NCBI GenBank assembly: GCA_030704615.1
Contig: CM060733.1
Coordinates: 3,162,001-3,226,000, forward strand
DNA: 64,000 nt
Direction: 5' to 3'
DNA from: Takakia lepidozioides
Taxonomy: Eukaryota > Plantae > Bryophyta
Numbering within the stretch: the stretch's first letter is position 1; every line of letters begins with the position of its first letter. Under the pieces are notes generated by a model. That model was not told the origin of the DNA, made no database searches, and saw nothing but the letters and a program-made list of their open reading frames with translations. Shown here piece by piece: positions 27,281 through 39,779 of this stretch. The position numbers were made by a program, and so were the translations under genes.

Positions 27281-28642
27281 GCTCTGTACATAGACAAAAC
27301 ATGAGATCGATTCCAAGTTGATCATAGCCCTCTAGCTTGCCATCCACAATGCTAGATGAGATTGCGGGTGGAGCAACGAAACTTCTAATTATAAAGAGGA
27401 GATGTAGGATGCTATAGGTATGCAAAAAGCGTAGCTATGCGTCTTGAGGAAATGAGCAAGATGAACGTTTGTGTCATCAAGTCCACATGGTCTGTCCTAA
27501 AAGACAACCCCCATACAACAACGATTCATCAATGTACAAGGCGATCTGCTTATGTTACTAACGCTACCGTGCAGTATAACTCACTTCGCACCGGAAATGG
27601 ACGTACCCACAATGGTTGTCCAAAATTGCACCCGATTGACATACAAACTTACCTTCCCTTTCCATCTTAGCCAACAGGCTTAAGTCTAGGAGGGTGGGAT
27701 GTATTCGTAACGATTCCGATTTTGCAGTCACATAATCATTGGCAAGGTAAGAAACACACAAAAGGTGTGGCTGACAATTTTATGTCATGTCCTACTAACT
27801 AGATACAATTTATAGATAAACACGTAATAAAGATTTATTTTTTGCAAAACATTATAATTTGTTTTTCATAAATTGATATGATTATGCGACAAGCGTCGTA
27901 ACCATCAATATGAGTTTGGAGAAAGAAAAAGAAAAAAGAGAAAAAGAAAAGAACATATGCGAATACATGACCAATGTTATAAAAGAAGTTGCATTGTGTG
28001 AATTGCATGATGATTAGCAAGGACTCTTTGTATAATCACCATGTACACTATGCTAGATACACACGATAGAAAAAGAAAAACATTAGTTAACATCGATCAA
28101 CAGGACCCATTACTACTTTGCAAAAAAGACCATTCCTGTTTGTTTCAATTGTCTAATCACGTGTCTCAGTAAGGAACCTGAAATGCAGCTTAGAAAGATT
28201 CCCGCTAGAGTCTGAGTTAACCGCATTAGATATAGGCATGGGGATAAGCAAATAGGGTGAAGCAACATGGGAAAATGAAGTGAGTACCGTAAGCTGGAAG
28301 GGGGTGGAAGTATATATAAATTGGGCAGTATAACTTGGAAGCAGATATATTTGAAGAGAATACTTACCGTGGGGGGAAAGCAGCAGAGAGGGGGCTGACC
28401 TTGTGGAGTGGTACAACATAGTTGGATTGAAGTTCCATGCGGCATGAGGTAGGGGCAGTATTGGATCGCACTTGGGAGTGTAGTTGGCATTGGAAATGCT
28501 CCGTTCGCATTAGTCCAATGCTGGTTTGTTACATTATTGTGTAAATGGTCGGGTTTTTGCAGATGAATGGAACCATACCGATACTATGAATGCAACTGGA
28601 TGAACAAAAGGACAAGATCGGTAGCTGTGCCCTTACCACAAC

Positions 28643-29375
28643 TGTCGCGGTCCTTTGCCTTGAGGGCAGGGGGTCGGGACACGAGAGGGGCTGCCCCTAT
28701 GGTGGGGGCAGTGGCAACAATAGATGCGGGGGCTAAAGCACCCTTGAGTGCCCAAGGCACTCAAGGAGGCGGAGGCGCTCACTAGGTGGAGCCCCGCACA
28801 CCGAGTTGGGGTGGGGGTGGTTCCACGAGGGGTGGTGGTGGTGGTAGCTTAGTGGGACTTGGTGGGGGTGACATAGGACTCACCATGGGGGCGAAGACCT
28901 TGTGGTGGGAGTCGTGGGGAGTCTTGGGACTCATTCACTGTCCAATGGGGCCGTGGTGGGTGAGCCAAGACTCACCGCGACTCATCACCACGAATCGAGG
29001 GTTTTCGTGGTGGTTCGCCATAAAAGGATGGTGTTGTTTGTGAAACCCCCGCGGACAGTCACAGAAGTATATATAGGGAGTAGTAACCCCGATAATGGTG
29101 CAAGCCCGTTGGTGACCAAAAACTAGTGAGTAAGCGTGCGAGCCGGAAAGCGACCAAGGTGTGGGGAGCTGTTCCGGACTGCCATCGACCAAAGGGAATT
29201 TCTACTTGGCCCAAATTGAGAGAGGGTCAAGTGGGGGAGTAAAGAGGGACCGTTATGTCCCGGTGAGCAGCCGAAGCTCCGAGTTGGACAGGCGGCCAGT
29301 TTGGGAGTTAGGCGCGCGCATCAAAGCGAGTAACTATGACTTGAAGGAGAGCTTACCGAAGTGAGGTGCGCGACA
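28643..29375 (+). mobile_element. Solo LTR of the chromovirus family at 43117-50064
   Basis: TGTCGCG...CGCGACA, 733 bp, colinear with LTR 43117-43840. Perfect 5-bp TSD ACAAC at 28638-28642 and 29376-29380. No PBS or PPT. Confidence 0.95.
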
Positions 29376-30275
29376 ACAACCATAGAACTTCGGAGGTGGT
29401 ATTAGTTGTATATCTTGTAAAGGATGAAGAAAAGGTGGATGCATAAAATCCGTCGTACTACAACCTAGCAACCAACACAACCATTCGTACCTCCTATCGA
29501 AATGACAAGTAACACCGCTTCTCCTCAACATGTTATATGGTTCCACACTCTGTCTGGGACATGAAGAAGTGTATAAAAGGCCATTATCTGCTATGGCTCT
29601 ACAAAGAGAACATGCATCTAGATAGGAGACTTGTCACTTCAAATGGATTTCTGGAGGTGACTCATGAATGAAATAGCCCAGGAAAGGGGGCTTACAGCAT
29701 CCTGGCCATCTAGTGTAGAATCGGAAAAATTCTACAATAGGTGTCGTGTGCGCCCCACTGGACCATCTTTGGAGTGCTTCTGCTTCTCATCACCGCCCAG
29801 ACTATCCAAGGCTCCAGTCCTACTATTCTGGACCAGACGACCCTGTTTGGCGAGAGTAATAGCACTACTTATCTTCTGTTTTGTATCATTTGGTCTCTAT
29901 GAGCATGTTGAGCACACCCTCTCCTACAAGCAGAAGCAAACTAACAGCTCAACGACCCCTCTCAACATCAGTACCCCTCCCAATTGGTGCTCGACTAAGG
30001 TACTCCAGCACTCTCACAACCTTGACCACAAGAGGAGAAGGAGCTCTCCAGCAACAACCCTACTTTCCCAGTTCCCCCATAATGGGGAACGATCTCCCCT
30101 ACAACAATGAAGCGTGTGTGTGTGTGGTAATGCGAGTGATTGTTACAACTTCAACCACGATAAAACTTGTGGAACCTTTGATCAATTAGCCCTGCTCGAT
30201 GCTTGTGCTGCTGCTATGAGATACAAGGCTTTGAAGACTTGCATTCCGACGACATACCTACTACGGTCTCGCTCC

Positions 30276-30742
30276 TTGCCCCGGGACTCTTATCTCCAGG
30301 GTTATTTCTCCAATATAATTGAGTATCTTTGAGTGGGACCCCCTTTGTACTTTGTGGTTGTGGACTACAACATTTGCAACAATGAAACCAACCTCTTGTG
30401 CTTCATCAGCCAGTGCGACCCCGAATCTCTCCTCAATGAGGTGTCAGGAGCAACAACGACACTAGACACAAGCTTTATTGCAAGGCCATCTGCATCCGGG
30501 CTCGTTGATTTTCTTGTTTGGCTCTCTCCCAATTCATTTTAGTATGTTGCCGAAAACTTCCAAATGACACTTACTGCCCTCCAAATGATCAGCCCCCCTG
30601 CTGCCCTGAGGAGGAAGACTATTGTGGCATAAGTGATACCTGCAGCAATTGCACCACGTGTTTCTTACAATCAGATCTACTTGAGGGCCGTCAGTCAACA
30701 AAACAGTTTCAAGAGAAATTGCCATGGTTTCTGAAGGCTCTT
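30276..30742 (+). pseudogene. NPC1: Intronless fragment of NPC1 (Niemann-Pick C1 / Patched family) luminal domain
   Basis: LPRDSYLQGYFSNIIEYL*VGPPLYFVV...ISQCDPESLLNEV...FLVWLSP, then CCRK...YCPPNDQPPCC...CTTCF...QFQEKLPWFLKAL. One in-frame stop (30330-30332) and a frameshift near 30540. Confidence 0.88.
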
Positions 30743-31724
30743 CTTTCGATCCATCTGCCACTTCCATCAAATCAAAAATGCCGATCTTGAAGTAGCTTGG
30801 TTCTGGGCAGATGGCTGCTGCCCCCACAGTTGATATGTTTGATACGTTCTACAACGGAAGCTCCACGGTTGTGCCCAAATGTGTCGAGACCAGAGATGCA
30901 AGAACTCATTGTCTGGAGTGGATGGGGCATGACCAAGGATGCCCCGACTGGGCTTTCCTACACTATGCAATGGGAAACTGAAGATTTTGCAGTGTTGCAG
31001 ATGGAAGCTTCACAAGCACGATGCCCCTTCATGCTGCTAGCTGCTTATGCGGCCGAGGACCGCAACATTCACTGTTCATTGGTGCTGGTGGGACGCTGCC
31101 CCGACTGATTCCCTGCAATTCTGGCTCTTACATCGTTTTAGGGACAAGAACTCATTAGGTTCTACCACTTCCCCCCCTCTAGCTATATGCATCTCTTTAC
31201 ATACACTACGACACTCACATCACCAGAAATGTTGGAGACAACTACATGGACTTACCATCAGTCAATCAGGTGCCCCCTCCTCAGATTTACAGCAGGTACT
31301 TGCAAATACTTCAACCCACCTTGTCTAGCATGCCAATGCTAATGTCCTCAAAAAAATAAGCTCCTCTCAAATACTCTTCTGGTTGATAATTCCTCAAATA
31401 TCACCTATACGACATTCCTGATGCACACTGGGCCCCACGATGACGCCCCATTCAGTACGCCGTTCTCTATGCCTACCTCTAAGTGGTTGATTTCAAAACT
31501 CTCTCTTCTACTATGTCAAAGTCAGAATGACCACTGTACACTATTACCACATATTCTGACTGGGAGAAACTGTCTGTTGGAATTTGTGCTATTGTTGACA
31601 AGCTGAGACATAAGTGATCACTACCTTTTTGGCAAAACACCCAGTCTGAAGAATTTTGTTTCCAGCTGGCCCTTTTTGGCCCCGTGACATTCCATGGGGT
31701 GAATCTCCCCTGCCTTTGCCTTCC

Positions 31725-32000
31725 CATCCAGAACCTTAGAAACATACTCGTGCTAGACCGTTATGTCAAATTCGAGCCTCGTACGAACAGTTTGAACGGC
31801 TCCGCCCCACCAGCCAAGGAAATCCTGGAACAGCTTCGCGTTGCCAATATAAATTAGGCTCTAGTCGACATTGTCAACTCCATCATATCAAGCTAGGCTC
31901 AAGCTCCAATCACAGCCACGACTCCATGATGTCCGAAATTGACAAACTTACGTTACCTCGATCAGAACCCATATACGAGGATACCTGACAGCTATATCCC
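31725..32000 (+). pseudogene. Possible leucine-rich-repeat gene fragment
   Basis: IQNLRNILVLD and KLTNLRYLDQNPYTRIPDSY resemble the plant LRR consensus; interrupted by stops. Confidence 0.3.
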
Positions 32001-32394
32001 TTCACAAAACGTCTAATCCAAACTTATGGAGGAAGGGTAAACACCTTTCATAGTGCCCCTCCACTCATGGGTGGTTGAATTCAAACCTACCCTTAAGAGG
32101 CTTCATTAAAACCAATCTTTGATTTTTAGGAGGTCCGGTCAATTTAGCTCACAATGGCTCTAATTTATAGATTTAAACAATACAGATAATAAATAATAGA
32201 TAAAGAGAATTCCTACAAGTGAAAAATCTCAAGGAGATTCGAAATATTCTTGACATCTCCATGGGAACACAAAAACCTATCGAGAACGCATTACTTCATG
32301 GGGAACCGCTCCCAATGGTGGGAAAAACTAGTTCTCGAGGTATTTCGCTTTGTCTTGTAACTCATCCAAGTGGATGAATGTAGACACTTAAAAG

Positions 32395-32945
32395 TAGTCA
32401 TCTGTCGTGTTAATGAAGTCCTCTGCCTCATCCAATGGCCCAACACCGCCAAGAAGGTCCACCATGGAGCCAAAATGCTCCATTGCTGGGCTGATACCAT
32501 ATTGACTCAGGGAGCCAAAGTAGTGTTCACCTTCATCTACTAGGCAAACGTGGCTACATCCAGATAGAAAACATTTAGAAGTGATATTGTCCAGCTTCAA
32601 GCCTTCCACCGTTCCAAGACACCACATCTTTTTCAGCCATATTGTCGAACACTCCCTCTGCATCCTCCATGCTCCGCATTTGGCATACATGTCCATCAGG
32701 GCAGTGTTAAGAATGACATCTGGGACAGTTCCAGCTTTGATGACGTCACCATGGACCTCTTTGCCCTTTTCAAGGGCTGTCAGGCTCGCACACGCATTGC
32801 AAACGAAACAAACGTGATGTGGTTGGGCTTCGCATCATTCGCTCATATATCTCCAAAGCATTCCTACCACACCCATGCTAGGTAAATCCTGCCATCACTA
32901 TATTCCATATGAACATTAAGCCTTGTTCAGGCATTTTGTTGAACA
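32395..32945 (-). pseudogene. PLS/E-class PPR gene fragment
   Basis: ALMDMYAKCG...LSGCSHVCLVDEGEHYFGSLSQYGISPAMEHFGSMVDLLGGVGPLDEAEDFI, with frameshifts and deletions. Confidence 0.85.
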
Positions 32946-33659
32946 CTGTAGCTTGAAATTAAGGATATAATATTTTTGCTCATATCCCAATATTTTTTGT
33001 TGTCTCTGCATAAGGCTCCTCCTTTATAAGCTCCAAGGAGAAACAAACATACCTCCGGAAAACCACCATATGGGGTTAAACTCAAGAATTATGGATCATT
33101 AGATCAAAAGATGTATGCAAAAGATATTTAAAGAGGGTTAGAAAAAATCCTACCCAAAAAACCTCCTAACGTCCAGCGACCAGCGGTCGGTGGGAGAATG
33201 CAGCAGCGCCCGCCGAGGCACGATTGGCCACGGACTAGCACTAGCGGGCCTCCGCGGGCGCCGTCTAGTGGGCGGGCCACTGGGCGATTGTCCAACAGTA
33301 CGTCCAGTAAAATAATCGAGCGCACGTGTGCCTGTCGAGGCATGGGGCCTGACTGTATGGCTGCTTGTTAACAGTCAATGTTTGTTGTTGGGGCTCATGC
33401 GGCAAGCAGCGCGCCCTTGCTTGGGCTGACCCCAGCTATTGACCAAATGGCTATGGTGGCTTCACTCCACCCACCAGCCCCTACCTTGGGCTATGGTGGA
33501 ACTGGGCAGCCCGGAGAATATGAAAATAATAAAACACAATAACCCATCCCCCACCCAAAAGGTTTCTGGGGGGTTGTGGATTTTCCTTGGCCTCTGGCCC
33601 AAACCTTCAGCTGTTGTAACAAAACCACTTGATGTTTTTGGAATGGATCTCTCTCAAAA

Positions 33660-34846
33660 ACATGTGCGACAACCAAAATCTGGTTTTCGTATATTATTTT
33701 AAAAAACCTTTCATGTGATTGTCAAAATTCGGCGGTCGCATGTAGTTTATTTAAATAAAATATGTGCGATCACCCAAATTCGGTGATAGCACGTAAAATA
33801 TTTTTGATAAATAAATGCAACTACCAAAATTCAGCACTGTAATTTAATTTTTCAATGGGACTGTCAATTCGAACTGTGAACAGGTCGTACATACTAAAAA
33901 TAAAAAATTATATGCGACCGTCAACATTGGCGGTTGCACCAATTTTTGAAAAAGAAAGAAAACTTTGTGTGTGTATTTTTATTTGTATTTTTTATGTTTC
34001 CCGAAAATGGGTGCGACCGTCAATTATTGCGGTCGCACCTATTTTGGAAATAAAAACTAAATACAACCGCCAATCTTGGCAGTTGCACCAATTTGTGAAA
34101 ATTTGTTTTTTTTTGTACTGAAAAATGGATGTGACTGCCAATTATGGTGATCACAGCTATGAAAAAAATAAAATATCATGTGCGACCACCAGTCTCAACG
34201 GTCCCACTAACGACGAAAAAATAAAAACAACTAAAAATTCAAAAAATATTTTTTTCCTCCCGACATCTGTTACGACCATCAATTATGGTCGTCAAACCTA
34301 TTGAAAAATAAAAATTGCATATTGGCGGTCGTACTAAGTTTTAGAAAAATAAAATTATAGATTTTTTCAAAATTGTGTGCGTCTGTCAATTATGGCAGTC
34401 GCATATATTAAGAAAATAAAAATTACATGCAACCGCCATAGTTGGTTGTTACACATATTTAAAAGATAAAAAATTATGAACGACCCTCAATTATGGCGGT
34501 CATGTATTTTAAATTTTAAAAAAAAAACCTGGTATCGTCATAATTAGCGGTCGCACCTACTAAGAATTAAAAAGAAAACATAGAACTGTCGAACTTGGCG
34601 GTCGAATTTTTAAAAAAAAAAAACTTATCTCAGCTTATTAGAGATATTGAATATTCAATCGATCGTCAAATATGTAATTTAAACATTTTTATAACTGCCC
34701 TAAGTTGTACTAATTAAAATAAAACTAAAACAATATTTACAAGAGATAACATTTATTTTGGATGTGACGCGTCATACATTTGGACTCGACGTCCAATGTG
34801 ACGCTGAAGTATCAGTGCCATGTCACATCCATTTGTACAACCCTAG
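33660..34846 (+). mobile_element. Non-autonomous DNA transposon end with many subterminal motifs (hAT- or Helitron-like; class unresolved)
   Basis: Very AT-rich, with many TGCGACCGCCAA / TTGGCGGTCGCA-like motifs in both orientations. It ends in the hairpin TGACGCTGA-AGTA-TCAGTGCCA followed by TTTGTACAACCCTAG. Confidence 0.55.
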
Positions 34847-35115
34847 AAAAGATATCAGTCATTTTATTTTGGTAGGTAGGAAACTAGATGAACTTCATCC
34901 GCCATCTATCCTAGGGCAAAGTTAAATCTTTTGGCCCCACAAAATTTCTTCTTTTGATTTTGGGTGATCAAGAACATCCGAAAAGCCCCGAAAAAATAGT
35001 GTCGTTGCGAACACTAATAAAAAATCATCGTCTTTGGTCAACAACTCCCTTGGGTACCTTGAAAAGTCCACGAATCCGCTGATCCTTTGGGTTCAACCTT
35101 CCAACCAGGAAAAAA

Positions 35116-36032
35116 CTGTCGTGCATATATATACTACTACACACCTATATTGTTGTCCAATCCACACAACACATGCATACACACAAACCAGTCTGCCACA
35201 ATGTGAAACTATCTAATTTGTTAGTTAGTATAAAATTATCTAATTTAAGATAGCTAGTGTGAAACAAGCTAGGAAATAACTAGTTGTTATGAATTGACAG
35301 TTGAGTTTGCCCAAGTATCAATCCAGGGCCCAAAGTTAATATTGGGCCCTGGGGAGGAAGTTATCATCACGGCAGACGCAGTGAGGCTCATCTTTATCGA
35401 GTTGAACCTCTCGCGTCGGCTATGATATCACAGTGCAGATTCCCCAAAGCTTTGGGAGTACTTGGCTTAACTCTTGTTTCATTAGTGAAATGCAAAGCAA
35501 ACATTCAAGTTTGCTTTACGGTTCATTTCACTCTGTCGTGCACCTAAGCATCGTGCCACAACATACATCGTTGTCCAACCACACTTCCTAGCATATAGTC
35601 CTAGAAAGCCATGCCACAATAGATACGGAAATGGTGAAAAGAGGAGAAATCACTCTATCACGTTATATAAGTCAAGCCAATGGCACCTTTGCTAAATGAC
35701 TCCACCATATAGACCTTACCCTATGGCGGCGAGAGAGGCCTCGGGAGGCTCGACTAGAAGAAGACGAGCCTGCCTACGTCTCACGTGGAGATAACCTCTC
35801 CACGTCCCAAGTGAGGTCGCCACCTCACTTGGCACATGGAACCAAATGAAGTTCCAATGCCAACAAAATACAAATATAAATGTATAATGTCCTAATTAGC
35901 TAGAAATAACTATTTCTAACTAATCACAAACAAAACCATGACAACTGTCGTGCACATAAGCATCGTGCCACAACATACATCGTTGTCCAACCACACTTCC
36001 TAGCATATAGTCCTAGAAAGTCATGCCACAAT
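35116..36032. repeat. Array of three ~85-bp direct repeats separated by 333- and 327-bp spacers
   Basis: Repeats at 35117-35200 (diverged), 35534-35618 and 35946-36030 (83/85 identical). All read C-TGTCGTGCA...TGCCACA-AT. Confidence 0.9.
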
Positions 36033-36288
36033 CGCCCCCTTAGCTGGTGATTAGGTCCCTCTAACACCGGATAGTTTGTAAGTATCCACCCCAATAAGAT
36101 CATCGTTTGGTCTTCAATTGCACAAGTCCCAACACCTGAAGTCGGATAGATCAAGAGGCCAGGTGCAAACATAGCTCCATCATTAGTCGCCTTCATGCAA
36201 TCCACGATCTTCAGTTGAGTATCCATGGCATTGAAGCCCCACTAGCTAGACCTTGGATCACTTGTCCGCCTCACCATTGTCATGCCCA

Positions 36289-37560
36289 CTACCTCTGTCC
36301 AAGGCATCGTGGACACAACCATTCTCCGATATGAACCTCCTCAAGTGGCGGTGTCAAGCATCCCATGTGCCACCCCTTTGAGCATTTGTCACACACCAAC
36401 ATGGTTGCGGCGCCACCAGCATGCCCACATAGCATGCAACGCAACCCTACAGGTACCACTACAAGGTTGGGATCTATCATCCCATCCACATATGGAAGGT
36501 GACATGGCGCACAATTGCGCACATTGTCCTTCCATACCATGCCATCTCGACCCTCCAGAATCAACACTCCTGAAGGCAACACCTCCCTGACCCTTAGAAT
36601 CACACGTCCTACTGTGACATCCAAGGTCGTAGGCACTGTCTGCTGCAGATACACATAGTCCCCAGGGTAGAAACGCCAAACACTTGGCCGATATCCCCCT
36701 CCACGTATAGTGACATACCTCAATGTGTCTCGGTGTTGGGCAATAGCAAGGTTCTCAAAAGCCATAGGCATGACTCTCTTGAACAACTCTGCCCGTTGGG
36801 CACATGCTTGTGTCCACACATCCGGATCATCAAGGTTGAGAACTACTGTAGCCTCCCTGCGAATAGATGCAGGCAAATCCGGCTCTTGGCCGAAGAGAAG
36901 AAAGTAAGGTGAGAAGGAGGCAAGTGAAGCTTGTTTGCTGAACCTATAGCCCATAGCTAGCCAAGGCAGCTGAAGGTCCCAATCTCCTAGGTGTTTCTTC
37001 TGCAAACCGTACTTGCGCAAACCTCTCTTGACTGTTTGAACAACTCTCTCCGCCAAGCCATCAGCCTCGGGATGATCCTGAGAAGTAGTGCGGTGATCTA
37101 TCAAGGCTTGCTCACACAAAAGCCTGAAACTACCAAGAACTCTCTCCCCTAGTCCGTGAGTACCTTGGCTGGAGCACCAAAATGGCTAAGCACTTGATCT
37201 AAGAAGCATACGCAGCCCCCTCACTTGCCTTGTTAGGCAATGCCACCAGTTCAATCCATTTGGAGAAATGTTCCACCATCACCAGCACTTGTTATGGCGA
37301 ATCGTCAATGGCAATGGGCCTGCGAAGTCAAGACTCCAACGATAGCCCAAACCTATAATGGGAGAATGATGCAATTGTGGAGTAGGGGCGTTGAAAGAAG
37401 CCCGCACTCTTTCACACACCATGCACCTTGCCACTAACTGTTGCATATCCGTGTGCATGCCCCGCCACCAATACTGCCCTTGCAGCAAACTATGAGTGCG
37501 CCGCACCCTAAAATGTCCCAACTCCTCATGGGCATGGCATACCAATCGCGCTCGTTATGT
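36289..37560 (-). pseudogene. Integrase (HHCC + DDE core) with C-terminal PHD finger
   Basis: HEELGHF...YWWRGM...CMVC; WSLDFAGPLP; HPEADGLAERVVQTVK. PHD CMLCGHAGGAATMLVCDKCSKGWHMGCLTPPLEEVHIGEWLCPRC at 36304-36438. Confidence 0.92.
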
Positions 37561-37899
37561 TGGATGAGGCATAATCCTCACTCGTCCATCCTCCCATACC
37601 TGGAGTAGGTGAATCCCTTCCCACTTGAACCTCTTGGCTCGTTGTAGGACCCGATCCTTCTCCTTAGCAGTCACACTGGCTGCTGTCTCTCGGGTACGAA
37701 GGTATGCCAACACTGCTGCATCTTCATGCACATCCTTAGCACCACCAAACTCCTCACTAGTCTCTGGATCATCATGCACGCTATCTACATGACCAATCGC
37801 ATGGGATGAACCAGCTTGAGCTCCCATTGCTAGAATGCACAAAAAGGCCAATGCATATTATCCTGGCACCATCTCCTCATCCGTCTCACCATGCCACTG

Positions 37900-39270
37900 A
37901 GCTCCAGTATCATCATGCTCGCTCGTGCATGGAGACTCAATCCATCTGCATCCCGATTGACAATACCGGCTCGATGCACCACCTAGAAGTCGTACTCTTG
38001 AAGCATAAGTGCCCACCGTGCAAGCTTCCCTGTAAGCTTATCTGACTCCATCAACCACTTCAATGGTTGGTGATCCATGACAAGGGTGAAGAGATTATCA
38101 TAGAGGTAGCATCTGAAATGTGCCACTGCCCATACCGCAGCTAGACACTCCCCTTCATAGGAACTATACCTCGCCTCGGCATCATTGTTCGAATGGGTAG
38201 CATATGCCACTACGAACTCTCTTCCCTCATCATCCACCTATATGAGCACTGCTCCAATCCCCAGCATACTCCGTATGTAGTTGGAAAGGCCGCCCGTGAA
38301 TAGGCCGCCTCAGAATAGGTGCAAAAGTCAATCGAGCCTTGAGTTCCTCAAAGGCTTCCTCTTGCTCCTCCTCTCACTGTCACTCCTGACCTTCCTTGGT
38401 CAACTTGGTAAGAGCCTTTGCAATGCTGCTAAATCCCTTGACAAACTGTCGATAGTAGTTTGCCAATCCCATGAAAGCACGAACTCTGCTCACATCCATG
38501 GGGCGTGGAATGCATGCAATGGCCTCCACCTTTGTCTGTTGAACACCCAATCCTCCAGGGTATATCATGTGGCTCAGATACTCAATCTGATTGTGGAAGA
38601 ACTTGCACTTTCCGGGGTGAAGTTTCAACCCGTGCGCTCTCAAGCGCTCAAACAGCACCTGAAGGTATCTCTCATGCTCCTCAACAGTAGCACTAAAGAC
38701 GATGATATCATCAATGTAGCACCGGGTGAAGTCTAGCCCCACGAGAATCATGTCCATGACCCTCTGAAACTCTGCAGGAGCATTTTTCAACCCAAACGGT
38801 AAGAACCGCCATTGGTACAAACAATCCTTCCAATGTTGGTCAATCCCCTAGAATGTCGTCTTTAGCTTGTCAGCCTCTTTGATTGGCAACTGGTGGTAAC
38901 CGGATCGCAAGTCCAATGTGCTAAACACCTTTGCATGCCCAATGGTATCAAAGATCTCCTCTGGAGTTGGCATGGCATATCTATCGGACTTAGTCTGACG
39001 GTTAACAGGACGATAGTCCCCACACATCCTTCTTTAGAACTGTCCAATTGCCATAGATATCCTTCTTAGGTGGCATTGATCACCGTTGCCGAGGCATACT
39101 CCCCGCCTGACAACTCCACCAATCCAGCTTCAAACAACTTCATAGTCCGTGACTGGATCAATGACCTCTCCATGTCACTATACCGGTAGGGCCTTCGAAA
39201 GATTGGCGTGTCACTTGTCAAATCAATACGAATCTCCTGACCCTTCAAACTCCCCAAATCCTTCAAACCG
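37900..39270 (-). pseudogene. Reverse transcriptase and RNase H of copy 1
   Basis: PIFRRPYRYS; YQWRFLPFGLKNAPAEFQR...CYIDDIIVFS; VRAFMGLANYYRQFV; VVAYA...YSSYEGECLAAVWAVAHFRCYL...DHQPLKWL...ARWALMLQEYDF. Several stops and frameshifts. Confidence 0.93.
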
Positions 39271-39779
39271 AAGGCAAAACAATTTTTATAAGCCCTTAGA
39301 AATCGCTGGATCCTCCGTCTCTCTCCTCCGGTGACTGTAGGTCCAACATCTGGTTCCCAATTGTCCTTAGTGACTGCAACCTTGGGTACACCATGCTTGG
39401 AGGTAGGAGACGCATCTTTTGGTTGCTAGATAGCAACCTCTTGGGCTTTGTCCGCCCAATCTGACTGTGGCGTAGCCTCCACTTGCTCCGCCATAGCCAC
39501 ATTGAGAACATCCTCCGCGCAAGAAACATCCTCAATCTCTTCAAAAACCTTGGCCACCTTGGCCTCCAACTGATCCTCAGTCCATGGCTCTCCCCACTCC
39601 TCATATTTCTGCTTGAGAGATCCAATAACTCTCTCTTTGCGCATCTCATCCCACATCTGCCATGGGTGTTTGCAACCCACGATCTTGTGTTCGCCCCCAC
39701 TCACTGCCTCAACCCGTCCGGTGCAGGGATGATGCACTAATGGGAGTGCAGAAGTGGCCATCAATGCTCGCAATCTCCG

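Noticed and set aside
30900-31060. Ankyrin-like words (FLHYAMGN, PLHAA), also LLLAADNGNLDL at about 56930-56975 on the minus strand
   Set aside because: The matches are too short and interrupted to support a call without a profile search.
35116-36032. A true CRISPR array
   Set aside because: The context is eukaryotic with no cas genes; 85-bp repeats and ~330-bp spacers are far outside CRISPR sizes, and there are only three repeats. It is reported as an analogy only.
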